Positions 26,774 through 38,465 of a stretch of 64,000 nt of DNA are shown here, piece after piece. The DNA lies in assembly GCA_052426225.1 (NCBI GenBank), contig JBNJNM010000012.1, forward strand, positions 1,302,001 through 1,366,000, read 5' to 3'. This DNA is from Zancudomyces culisetae HAW-14-8. Taxonomy: Eukaryota > Fungi > Kickxellomycota. Under the pieces are notes generated by a model. That model did no database searches and was not told the origin of the DNA. It saw only the letters and a program-made list of their open reading frames with translations. A program made the position numbers and the translations under genes. How positions within the stretch are numbered: position 1 is the stretch's first letter; the number at the start of each line of letters is the position of its first letter.

Positions 26774-26846
26774 GGGAGCTTAGCTCAGCTGGGAGAGCGT
26801 GCGACTGAAGATCGTACGGTCCCGAGTTCAATCCTCGGAGCTCCCA
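26774..26846 (+). tRNA. tRNA-Phe(GAA)
   Basis: GGGAGCT/AGCTCCC acceptor stem; TGCGA-CTGAAGA-TCGTA anticodon arm; TTCAA T-loop. Confidence 0.95.
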
Positions 26847-26848
26847 TT

Positions 26849-26930
26849 GGTATCATGGCCGAGCGGTCTAAGGCGCCGCACTCAAGTTGCGGTCTCGAAA
26901 GAGGCGTGAGTTCGAATCTCACTGATACCA
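26849..26930 (+). tRNA. tRNA-Leu(CAA)
   Basis: GGTATCA/TGATACC acceptor stem; CCGCA-CTCAAGT-TGCGG anticodon arm; long variable arm; followed by TTTT. Confidence 0.95.
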
Positions 26931-27109
26931 TTTTGACATTATATAGTAAATTTTAGTTATAACCTAATCTAATCATTTTTTATAAAATTTTCTAATAATT
27001 ATTTTTGTCGAACTCGATAAATATTATATTTAAATTTTTGTTTCTTTATACACTTTTTGTCTACATAATATAAATATTTAATTTAACTTTTACTTCAACT
27101 AAAACTAAT

Positions 27110-27501
27110 TGTCATGATCTATTCATGACTTTATTGCTATATTTAATAACATATTATAATAGCAAATGTTAATTTTAACAACATTTACTTCGCTTTAATA
27201 CTTACTCAATAATCAATAATTTATGGCGTAAGAATTAAATTTATTAATAATTTAGTTTTACCCCATATTATTAAATGTTAACTGTGGAGTTAACAGTTAA
27301 TATTATTTAGTTTTAAGTTATAGTTTAAGTATAGTTTTTATAATGTTTACAACTAATTTTGTATATTGTAAAACTATATAAGGTCAAGGATTTTATTGCT
27401 TTAGGAAACTTTAGCAATAAAATACTTTTCATCTAATAGTATTTTATTAAATAATCATACTCATAGTTAATACAAATAGTACTTATTGTCAAGTCCTGAC
27501 A
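27110..27501 (+). repeat. Solo LTR, chromovirus-related, 5-bp TSD CTAAT
   Basis: TGTCATGA...GTCCTGACA flanked by CTAAT on both sides. Confidence 0.85.
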
Positions 27502-28111
27502 CTAATATAATAAACTTAATAATTAACTATATAATGACTAAATTGTTCCCTCGTGTATCTGGCCTTAGTCACATTCTGGGAATCTTTATTTTCATGACGT
27601 GTTTGTGACATTCACAGAATGACTACTGCAACATTCATAGATTTTAAGTGGTAACTGTCGCAGATTTCCAGATGTACTACGTGAATTTAACATTACCATC
27701 TACGATTTACTTCAATTTTGATATTATGTAAAATGCGGTGATTTAAATTTACGACATCATATTACTATATACCAATAAGTTTATTTTAACATTTACCCAA
27801 TCTTGTTAATTAAATTTTTGTAAATTATCTTAACCAATCTATGATTATTTGTCTCTAATTTACTTATAAAATATTGATCTAAAAATCTAACAGATTAACA
27901 CATTATGTATTAATTAATTCTAACTAGAAATTATTTTTACACATACAGTCATAAGATTATATATGAACCTGAATTTATTGTTTTAGGTCAGATAATCTAA
28001 AGTTAATCTGAATCACAAATATACTGAATCATATCTATACATTAATATCATTGTAGTAAATATTAATATTTTATTAGCTAATAAATGCTCAGATACAAAA
28101 ATACTCTTATA

Positions 28112-29663
28112 CTGTGAGTTTCAAAAATGTATCAAAATATTGATAATAATTTTCAATGTATAATATCTCGCTCAATAATATCCAGAAATTATATATTTTT
28201 AAATTATATATGCACAAATGTTATAATTTAATTTTTTATAGTAATATTTTAAATGTTTAAAATTAATATAATAATTATGTAAAAAAAATATATTGTAACA
28301 GTTTTGGGACTTAAAATAAATATAACATAAAAATATTCTCACTGCATTTAGCCTGGTTAAATGCCTCAATTCTTTTGAGCATACCATCTATGAGGCCAAG
28401 TATTGTTTCCACTGAAATTAAATTCCATTCCGTTTCTATGCGCTCCCTTAATTCGATCATCCCGGACGGAGGTTTACTGTATCTATTTAGGCGTCTTTTG
28501 ATGATTGCTCATATAGTTTCGATTGGGTTTAAGTCTGGACATTGTGGCGGCCAGTCCAATGTATTATAGTACTGGTTTTGAAGCCAGCATGTAACTAACT
28601 TTGAGGTATGATAGGATCATTGTCATGTTGAAATATTATTGACTTATGATCCAACTTGTAGTACTTTATTGTATTGCTAAGCTCGTCTTTTAAAATGTTT
28701 AAATAATCTTCCTTGTTTTACATTCCTTCTATTCGGCACATGTAGCCAGTTCCAAATGCTGTGATGCATCCCCAAATCATTAATAATCCTCCAGCGTGTT
28801 TTACGGTCTGGTTAATATTGTGCGGCTGTAGACTCACACCATCACGAACCCAAGTCCATTCATTTCCATCATATCCAACTCGGTTGATTTTAGTTTCGTC
28901 GGATCAAACTACTCGCCATCAATCATCAGTAGTCCAGTGGTGATGAGATTTTGCGAATCTCAACCTTTTTGCAATATTTTTAAGGCTCAGTTTCGGTTTG
29001 GATGCCTTCTTTTTTGCAGCGGCTTTTAGATCATTAAAAGCCATATATATTGTAGACTTACTAGCACTTACAACATTATCCATGTCTAACTTCTTTTGTA
29101 TCGAAGTAGCAGATCGATACTCTCCAGATAATATCATCCTAGTACATATTCGCTTGCTTTGGGGTGAAAGCTTCGCTGGACGATCGCGTTTATTAGCCGG
29201 TAAATTGATATTCATTGCTGCTTTTATTCTGTATATTGTTGCTTTACTAACTCCATTTTCTATAATGATATGGTCAATGTTACTGCCTTCAAGTAACGCG
29301 TTTTTAATATCCAGTTTACGTTGTTCAGATATCATATTTTAAAAAATTATTTTATTGATTAGTATAATGTTGTTAATATTAAATAGTAAAAGTTTTACAA
29401 ATTTATTATTTGAATTTATAAAGTTATGATAGTTTAAATTTTTTTTTTGAATAATTCCCAATATTGTCTCATTTTTACAATTTTTTCAATTTATAATTTC
29501 ATAATGAATTTATAACCAATATAAATACAGTTTATAATAAAATATAATATAACATTTGTGCATTATATAATATCAATAACATATAATTTCTGGATATTAT
29601 TGAGCGAGATATTACTCTTTAAAAATTATTTTCAATATTTTGTGACATTTTGGAAACTCACTG
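28112..29663 (-). mobile_element. Tc1/mariner DNA transposon 1, decayed
   Basis: TA-flanked long imperfect TIRs C(T/A)GTGAGTTTC.AAAATG..TAATATCTCGCTCAATAATATCCAGAAATTATAT. Confidence 0.9.
28330..29335 (-). pseudogene. Tc1-like DD34E transposase
   Basis: SDETK, KHAGGLLMIWGC, FQHDND and DWPPQCPDLNPIE motifs with stops and frameshifts. Confidence 0.88.
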
Positions 29664-29665
29664 TA

Positions 29666-32600
29666 TAAGCTAAGCAAAGAATAATGAATACGCCAGAGGT
29701 CTTTGAAGTTGCCAATGAGGTCGATCCCAAGGAGTGGATTGAAAAATATAGGATATTCGCAAAGTTGAATAAATGGAATCCGGAGGACTGGATAGACTTT
29801 GTGCAGTTATATTTGGGCAAGCGAGAAAGCATTTGGTACAAGAGAAATAAGACAGGTTGTACATCATGGGATGAGTTTACAAAACAGTTCATAGTTAAAT
29901 TTGGACCTAAAGACCAGAGTTTACAGTATCTAGAAAATTGTAAAGCATAAGGCAAGAGGATTATGATACTATCGAAGAACTAGAATATCATTGGAAGAAC
30001 TTTTAGGAAAGTTAAGCATTAAAGATGATAACCACAAACTGAATTGGTTGATTAGCGTTTTATCGGCTGAGGATAGAGATAAGGTTAGAGATTTAGGTTA
30101 TGAAACTTGGAAGGAGATCATAGATCATATTAGTAGTGAGGAGCAAAGAGGAATAACCCGTAGAAGAAAGGAAGGTAAAAGTGGGAAGGTCATAGTAAAC
30201 CGACAAAGAGTAAAGTTGTGCTACCACATAAGGGCAAGCCAATAAGAGATATCGCAGAAGAGAAGGTAGGGTATGATGTTATGCTAAGGAAGATGGAAGA
30301 GTGGAGTGTTAAATTGTTGTCAAAGGTTGACGAGTAGTTGAGAACAGGCTTAGAGAAAGTCGCCGCCCACGACATTTTGGCTATCTCAAGGGACCTATTA
30401 AGTGCTACTCATGCGGAGAAGAAGGACATAAAGCCCCTGAATGTCCCAAAAAAGACAAAGGCCGAGATAAAGGAGTAAACTATATTGAGTTAGCACCTAC
30501 AGAGGAATTAAATAATGAGTTGTTTGATGTACAGCGGGGATTACCAACACGAAATACTAGGAAACCCTATGATAACATCAGGAGTTCAACTATGCCGAAG
30601 GCTAAAGTAGCACCACCGCAGGAGAGAAGAAATCCCAGTGAAATGGAAGTAGAGCACGCCGCTGTACCACAAGTAACCAGGGAACCTAAGGAAGCCGACA
30701 AGCAAGAGGAGGTGGCTAAAACAAGGCAAAAGTTGATACCAAAGATTACTGAGGGAGTGACACCTTTCAGTCTAGAAGAAGAGTTGAAAAATTTCTACCC
30801 CCACATTAGTCTGCCACAACTGATACAAGCAGCACCCCAGTTGTCCCAGGAGGTAAGCCAACTAACAAAGAAGGTAAGAAAAACGGAGTTAAATGAAATT
30901 CAGGTACGGTCAGCCAAACTATCTAACTGCAAGATCGAGATTCAGATATTTAATAAGAGGCTGTGGGCTATAGTGGATACAGGTGCCGCCTGTTCAGTGG
31001 CGACACCGAAGTTGGCCTATGTATGGGGTCTTAGTACTGAACAACATGAAGGGCAAGTGATCATTACGGCGGATGGAAAACGCCACACCCCACTTGGATT
31101 AGTTAAAGAAGTGCCGGTACAAATAGGGAAATACATCTTCTATGTGGATATAACTATAATGGATAGAAAAGAAGACGTACTGATTCTAGGAACGGACTGG
31201 TTATATAACCACCGAGCAAGTGTGGACTTGGCTAAAGGGCAGTTAAGTTTACCCATCGGTCAGAGAATGTTGATATCACCCCTCCATATGCGCACTGTAG
31301 CGGAAAAACCGGAGTGGGAAGAGACGGAGGTTTATCTAATACTTGGAACTCAGCAAAGGGAAGAGCAAGAAGAGAATATAGATGATCCAAGGATAGTAGA
31401 GTTGGTCGCAGAAAATCAGGATTTGTTTATTGAGAATGCTGACCAACTAACCCAAACAGATGTTACACAACACACTATTGCTTTGACCACGGAGCGGCCT
31501 ATCAAGCAGAGGCCCTACCGTATTCCATATCACTTATTTGAGAAAGTTAGGGCAGAATTGGATATGATGGAAAGAAATGGTGTAATATCGCCGTGTGTGT
31601 CCTCCTGGTACTCACCTGTAGTCGCTGTATGGAAGAAGGATGGTCGCTTACGTATATGTGCAGACTATCGTAAGTTGAGCCAGGTGACGAAAAAAGACAC
31701 TTATCCTCTTCCTACAATCGAAGACATCTTTATGGCACTGGCGGGTGCTACTGTTTTCAGTTCCTTTGACGCCTTGAGTGGGTATTGGCAGATACCCATG
31801 GCGCCAGCTGACCGGGATAAGACGGCTTTTGCAATCCCGGGCAGTGGAACTTACTGTTACAATGTGATGCCATTCAGGCTCACAAACAGCCCAGCATCTT
31901 TTCAAAGAATGATGGAGCAGGCTCTAGCTCCTGTACTTTGGAAAACTACTGTCGTTTTTATTGATGATATAGTGGTGTACTCAAAATCAATGGATAAACA
32001 TCTGGTTGACGTACAAGAGGTGCTGGACCTTCTCCGAAAAAACAAGATACAGCTACACAAGAAGAAGTGTCGCCTTGGAATGGAAAAACTCACGTACCTC
32101 GGGCATACCGTGTCAGCCGCAGGAATCTCTACTAGTACGGATAAAATATAAGCAATTAAGTCAGCAATCATTCCGAGTAACATAAAAGAGTTGCAGTCGT
32201 TTCTAGGGTTAACCGGGTACTATCGCAAGTTTGTAATAAACTACGCGAGAATAGTATCACCTCTACTCAAACTATTGAAGAAGAATTGTCACTGGGAATG
32301 GACAACAGATCACCAAGCTGCAGTTGAGGAGTTGAAGAAAGCCTTGTGTGATGCGCCGGTACTATCTCACCCTAATTGGTCAGAAGAGTTTATAGTCACT
32401 ACAGACGCCTCTGTAGTAGGAATTGGTGCTATCTTATCTCAGCAATTCGAGGATGGTGAAAAGCCGATCTGCTTCTTAAGCCGCATACTAAACCCACACG
32501 AACGGAATTATTCTGTGGCTCATTTGGAAGGGCTTGCCGTCGTATGGGCGGTCAAGAAGTTGAAGATGTACCTATGGGGAAAACACTTCACCATACGTAC

Positions 32601-34456
32601 GGATCACAAGTCCTTACTTCAACTGTCTAACGGTAAGGATATCGCAGGTAGAGTTGCCCGTTGGGCAATGATACTGCGCAATTATGACTATAGTATAGAG
32701 CATTGTGCTGGTAAGTCTAATCCGGCGGACGCACTGTCGCGGTTACCCAGCGAACTTAAGGAGCCAGAAGTTGAAACCTTAGACATTATGACCTTGGATT
32801 TTTTGCATTATGCCGCCTTAACAGATTATCTATATGATTGCGGAATAAGGCCAAGAAATACTCAATTAGAAATAATACTTTGTGTCGAATAATGAAGGGA
32901 CAGGTTAAGGAGGTGTTGCATGAGAAAAATATTGAGGAAACCGTGCGAAGGGTGCATGATGAAAGCCACCATGGAATTGAAAACACCTGGATTAAGGTGA
33001 AAGAAAAATTTACGGGTGAGGGACTATATGAAACGGTCAAGAAGGTAGTTCGAGAGTGCTGGACGTGTCAGCAGTTCAAAGGTGGCCGTACGAGAAAAAC
33101 TGAGTTAAATCCTATATATAGCACTAGACCATTTAGTATATTCGGACTAGATGCCGTTGGGCCAATAAACCCAATTAGTGAGGCAGAAAATAGATTTATA
33201 CTAACTGGTATAGATTATTTCACTAAATGGCCGGTGGCTGCAGCAGTCACCAATAAAAAAACTGATACAATAGTCAGCTTCATCTTAACTCACATTGTTC
33301 AACATTTTGGAGTACCGAATCAAATTATCACTGATAGGGGATCGGGCTTTATCAGTGAGGTAGCAGAACAGCTATATAAGCAGTTGGAGATACGTCACAC
33401 GCCCACCACATCATACAGACCACAGAGTTATGGTCAGGCGGAGCGTCTCAATCAGACACTGAAGAATACTCTTGTTAGACAATGCAGAGTCAATAAGAAA
33501 AATTGGGACAAATATATTTGGAAATCCCTCTTAGCTATCAGAACCATGAGGAACAAATCAACTAAGTATAGTCCAGCGGAATTACTGTATGGTACTCAAA
33601 TTGTGACCCCTAGTTTGTGGACTCCTCCGCCAGATGCGGATGATATTGAATTAGCAATTCAAGAGCAAATTAAGTCTATTACATCTGAATTACCGGAAAT
33701 GAGAACTGAAAGTATAACAAACAACATTGCAGCAAAAGAAAGAGATAAACAAACGTACAATCGGACCGTTAAGGTATTGGCTTTCAAAGTAGGTGACTTG
33801 GTATTAAAAATGACAGAACAAACCCAAAGCAAGCTAGAAGAGATATGGGAGGGTCCCTATAAAGTGGAGAAATCATTATCAAGAGGAACTTACATTATAT
33901 CTGACAGTGATGGAAACAGAGACCTAGTTCATGGAGATATGCTTAAACAGTTCCTTTACAGCCGGCATATGATCCCGGAAGTAACAAATACTCTAAAGTC
34001 CCGACTACACCGCTTTAAGATAACACCAGGTATAAGTCCAATCTGGTAGTGGGGTAACTGTCATATCAAAATTGATGGCGAACACCTACCCATTGGTAAT
34101 TGGACACAACTATGTTTACATATATTATTTATAGATTATTATTTATTTATTATTATTGGTGGAGATTGAACTTTTCTCCCAGTAGAGGGTTATATCCAGT
34201 TTCCAGTAATTGATAACGGTTCTGGTTATCAAAGTGGGTTATTAACTTTTATTATAATATATAGTTTTTAAGTAAGAAAATAACGAATAAGTAACGAAAA
34301 ACAACTAGTACAAAATAAGTGTTTGCATTTATAATTACCACATTCTTCGACTGTGTAGATTAAATACTACTCAGCACAGAGGGTGGTAGAGTGTTAGACA
34401 CTATTGACCCAAACGGGATAAAATATTTAATAATATAATAAAATATTACAATGACA
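29666..34456 (+). mobile_element. Ty3/Gypsy element H, 5'-truncated and decayed; 3' LTR 34059-34456
   Basis: gag starts 20 nt after the Tc1 TIR; no 5' LTR or PBS; degenerate PPT then TGTCAT..ATGACA. Confidence 0.9.
29684..34049 (+). pseudogene. gag-pol of H with several stops and frameshifts
   Basis: ORF fragments homologous to B (VDTGA, FIDD, TDAS, HHCC, WEGPY). Confidence 0.9.
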
Positions 34457-34460
34457 CAGT

Positions 34461-35130
34461 TGTCGCATTATTAGCAATTTGTACAAGAGTACGTGGATGT
34501 GCCTGAAAATGGTACACATAGTACGAAAATGCAAATTCATTTTTGTTTACTTTTTTTAAATAAATTCAAATAATTTTGAGCTCAGTATGCAATCAATTTT
34601 TTACTGAGCTAGTTCAATAATGATGAATGTAAAATGTAAAATGATCCCAGGCATTTTACATTTATCATTAATAACAAACAAATTATTAATATATTATACA
34701 ATAGTCATATTTTAGTATTTAGTTTATAATAGTGGTTTAACATTTGAATAATATATTTAAGGAGACGTATGGATGACATATGAAAACCTCATCCATGTCT
34801 CGATACGGAATATTATAATAAAACAATTAAATAAAATCAAATATAAACCAAAAGATATATTAGCAATAAAGTTTTTAAACAGTTGGATTGGAACCAAGGG
34901 TGACTCCAGGAGAGATTCATACACTTCTACCAGCATGAGCAGGGGCAGCAGCATGGATCAGGATGCAGGGGTATTAAGTCCCCGCACCCTTGGTGAGTTG
35001 ACAGAAAGTGTCCGTCAACTCCAGATCCGTAGGAGCCCGGAAGAAATGTCGGTACAAGAATAGCATAGTGTTGAAAGTTAGGATATACGTTTTATAATAA
35101 AAATATATTTTATACCCAAAAAATATAACA
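34461..35130 (+). repeat. Chimeric unit I: 5' part of the ORF-bearing LTR-like unit fused to the last ~78 bp of an LTR A
   Basis: 34461-35053 is near-identical to the reverse complement of 46740-47332; 35053-35130 matches ~14809-14886. Confidence 0.85.
34773..35063 (+). pseudogene. Truncated copy of the LTR-borne ORF
   Basis: Nearly identical to 46424..47020 up to EEMSV, then cut by the fusion. Confidence 0.65.
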
Positions 35131-35135
35131 GCGAC

Positions 35136-35594
35136 TGTTATATAGTGGCTAGTACTACATCTAGACGCTATTATTAACATCTCACCAATAACTAATTCAT
35201 TTATATATTAATATTTAGGTTTATCAATTAATTTATATTTTAATTATTATAGGATATTTAGTATATTATGTGTTGCCTAGTTTTTTTTATTCTTCTGGAT
35301 TTTTGCTACAGCAACATTCTGGATTATTATTAATATTTATTTATGTTTTAAGTGAAGTATATATTTAGTTTTCAAGATTATAATAGTTATTTAGTTATAA
35401 GTATAAATAGGGCTAGGAAACTAGCTATGAAAACATTATCAAATAAAAATATAACAAAAGGTTTGGTCTATATTCAATAAGTGTATAACTTTTATTTTGA
35501 AAACTACAAAGAATAGCACATAATATAGTTAGTTATAATAGGAATATGTTTACAAAAGCAATACGAAAAATGTGAATCTGTATTTTCGTCAACA
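35136..35594 (+). repeat. Solo LTR J, reconstructed TSD CGAC
   Basis: TGTTATATAGTGGCTAG...CAACA; homologous to 45830-46292. Confidence 0.85.
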
Positions 35595-36222
35595 CGATGT
35601 TGAATTCGTTTTCATTTTTTAGTACTAGTCCAATAGGATTTTCCCAAAAAACTTCCACTAATATCAATCACGGTTCCCTAGAAGGGTGGTTATTACTGAC
35701 ACAGGATTTACCATTTCTAGCCAGTTAACCACTATCTATAAAACCCCCTCAGAAAGAACACAACTGGACAATTTCCACAATTTTTGGTAAAAATAATTTT
35801 ATTTAAAAGAATTCCTCCCAAAACCTGGAAAATATAGCCAAAATGGCCCTTTCCTTACACTAAAAAAATAGTATTACGCCTCTCTATATATGTTTATTTT
35901 TACTTTTAGTGTGGTTTTGGTCGGATTTACAAATTTTTCAATTTATACTAATAATTTACTAATAAAATTGATTAAAAATAAATCCACTAATAAAGTATAA
36001 AATCGATTCGACTAAAAAATAAATCGATTTGTACTATTAAATTGGCTGTAAAATTGACAAAAATTTATGACATGGTCATAATTTTTGTACTCTAAATTGA
36101 ATTGCGCAGGAAACAATTTTTTCAAAATTGATTTCTCTGCTATTTTGCTGCAATGAAAGCGGTAAATTTAAGTTGATGCTTTTGCATACAACAATGTCCC
36201 CCCTCCAGCTTTCGCGCCGTGA

Positions 36223-37509
36223 TTAATTCCTGTATCTTCTGATTTTAGTTCTTAAAGAACTTGGAACTACTTCGGGGACCATTCTTTCTGAATACTTGTA
36301 GGCCTTTAATCTATCGCCGTTCACTGTATCCATGTTTCCGTCTGGGTCTTTGATCAAATACACGCCTTTTGTGTAACACTTGATGATTTCGTAAGGACCT
36401 TCCCAGATTGGGTCAAACTTGCCTCCAGGTCCACTTATTCTTTTTAATACTAGGTCTCCTTCTTTGAACTGATAACGCTTTACCACTTTGTCGTATCTCT
36501 GCTTCATTACTGACTTTGACTTTGCGTTATTTTCCATAGCTTTTTCTCTCATCTTTGGAATACTGATTTGCACGACTCTCATTCTCTGCAATATCTCTTC
36601 CTCTAAGTTATCAATCTCAGCCGGCGGCATCCAAGTTGATGGTGTTTGCATTTTTACACCATATAACATCTCTGATGGACTGAACCCAGTAGATCTGTTT
36701 TTCATTGATCTAACAACCAGTAGGGCTTTCCAAATATAACTATCCCAGTTGTCTCTGTCCATTACGCATATTTTTGCTAAGACATTCTTAAATGTTCTAT
36801 GAAATCTCTCGACTTGTCCGTTAGTCTGAGGCCTGAAAGCAGTGGTTGGTGTGTGTTTTATTCCCAACTGCTTGTATAACTCCGTGGTTATTTCTGATAC
36901 AAATGAACTGCCTCTGTCTGAAATTAACTGAGTTGGTACTCCAAACTCCTGTACTACCTTACTTAACAGAAATTCTACAATGGTTTCTGACTGGAAATTT
37001 GTTACTGGTACCGCAATGGGCCACCTAGTAAAATAGTCTATCGCTGTGATGATAAATCTATTCCCAGATTTTGATATAGGGTTAATGGGTCCTACTACAT
37101 CTATACCCATGATTTGGAATGGTGCAGGCGCAATTATCGGATGCATTTCCGTTCTTCTAAATTCGCCTTCTTCATATTTTTGGCACCGTTCGCATTCTTG
37201 TACCACTTCTTCTACAATTTTACGCAAGCCTCTTCCTACATATTTATTTTTCACTCTATTGAGAGTGTTTAGAATCCCTTCGTGTCCTTCTTCATGAATT
37301 TCTCTTATCATTAACTTAGCATTGTCGCTGTGTAACACTTCTCGGATTCCTGATTCCCTAGAGTACTTGCATACTTTACCGTTTACTAGTTTATACGGCT
37401 TTGCTCTTTTTCTTAGCTTGGCTCTGAACTCCTCATCAGCTCGTAGCGGGTAGCTGAAATCTCTGAGGTAGTTCTCAATGGCTTTATGATGTAAGACATC
37501 GATTACCAT
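36223..37509 (-). CDS. Gypsy integrase
   Basis: HEEGH..CERC, GID, SDRG, VER and WEGPY motifs; 428 aa open. Confidence 0.88.
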   Translation of the reverse strand: MVIDVLHHKAIENYLRDFSYPLRADEEFRAKLRKRAKPYKLVNGKVCKYSRESGIREVLHSDNAKLMIREIHEEGHEGILNTLNRVKNKYVGRGLRKIVEEVVQECERCQKYEEGEFRRTEMHPIIAPAPFQIMGIDVVGPINPISKSGNRFIITAIDYFTRWPIAVPVTNFQSETIVEFLLSKVVQEFGVPTQLISDRGSSFVSEITTELYKQLGIKHTPTTAFRPQTNGQVERFHRTFKNVLAKICVMDRDNWDSYIWKALLVVRSMKNRSTGFSPSEMLYGVKMQTPSTWMPPAEIDNLEEEILQRMRVVQISIPKMREKAMENNAKSKSVMKQRYDKVVKRYQFKEGDLVLKRISGPGGKFDPIWEGPYEIIKCYTKGVYLIKDPDGNMDTVNGDRLKAYKYSERMVPEVVPSSLRTKIRRYRN

Positions 37510-37526
37510 TAGTTCCTCATACTTTG

Positions 37527-38465
37527 TTATCTTGTTTTCCTTTCTATCTCTATGCAGTTAATTTCTTGTTTTTGGTCCTTCTGCCTCTTGTAGCACGCTG
37601 CGGCCTCATGCCCTGGCCTTTTGCAGTATGTACATTCCACTTTCTTGAACGGTCTTCTTGATTGTGGAGCAGACTTTTCAGAGTAATTTGGTCTCTTTTC
37701 TAATCTAGCTAGGAGATTAAGTGAAAGCTCGTCAAACTTTTTAATCAACGCCTCGTACATATCTGGACCCTCATTAGATTTATGTACCTTCATCACCTTC
37801 CTACTAGTGCTTTTTGGTTTTTCTGATGTTTCCCTGACAGTAGGTAATATTTTCTCGACATCCTCTTCTGCCTGGATTATTGCTATGGCAGATTTGACAT
37901 CCTTAACTTTGGCTTTTAAAATTTGCCTTTGATACTTGGGGTTAAGAGCGTCTACAAAAAACTTAAGTCTGATCCGTTCGTCTTTAATATCGACTGTTGA
38001 GACCAGTTTGCTGAACTCCGTCTCAAAATCTTCAAAGTCGAGGTAGTCACTTTGTTTAAGGCTTTGCAGTTGATTCCACGCTCGTGCCTCTCTGTCTTTA
38101 CCTTCAAACTTTTCCAGGAATTCCTCACGAACCTTTTTCCATTTTTCTAGTTTAGACTTATTTATCTTGTACCATCGAAGGTCTTTCCCCGTTAAAAACA
38201 ATTCTAAGAAATCAATCTTGTCTTTTTCCATCCAGCTGTTGATCCTAGCCATTAGCTCATACCTATCGAGCCATTCTTCCACGTTTGTAGTAGTGTTGCT
38301 ATCGAACATTGCTACATCTGGAATTCCTCTGTTGAACGTAAAGTTCATATTTAGAGGTATTCGGTCAGTTGTTGGTTCAGGAGCGCTCGTCTCCTGTACT
38401 TCGACCTCCTCTGATTCATCATCAGTAGTATCCTCTCTCAACTTTTCTGCTCTTTTACTAAACAT
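37527..38465 (-). CDS. Gag with CCHC knuckle
   Basis: VEEWL..W..FL.G..WY pattern; CTYCKRPGHEAAAC. Confidence 0.88.
   Translation of the reverse strand: MFSKRAEKLREDTTDDESEEVEVQETSAPEPTTDRIPLNMNFTFNRGIPDVAMFDSNTTTNVEEWLDRYELMARINSWMEKDKIDFLELFLTGKDLRWYKINKSKLEKWKKVREEFLEKFEGKDREARAWNQLQSLKQSDYLDFEDFETEFSKLVSTVDIKDERIRLKFFVDALNPKYQRQILKAKVKDVKSAIAIIQAEEDVEKILPTVRETSEKPKSTSRKVMKVHKSNEGPDMYEALIKKFDELSLNLLARLEKRPNYSEKSAPQSRRPFKKVECTYCKRPGHEAAACYKRQKDQKQEINCIEIERKTR

Noticed and set aside
27006-27756. Another solo LTR (TGTCG..CGACA) hosting the 27110 insertion
   Set aside because: No TSD and no second copy in the window.
10928-28921. Nuclear UGA=Trp recoding
   Set aside because: Genuine ORFs here do end in TAA/TAG, but intact F and both host genes contain no in-frame TGA, and the TGAs occur only in elements with other lesions.
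37510-37545. Programmed -1 frameshift joining K gag and IN at GGAAAAC
   Set aside because: The heptamer is not in the gag reading phase and no clear downstream stem was seen.
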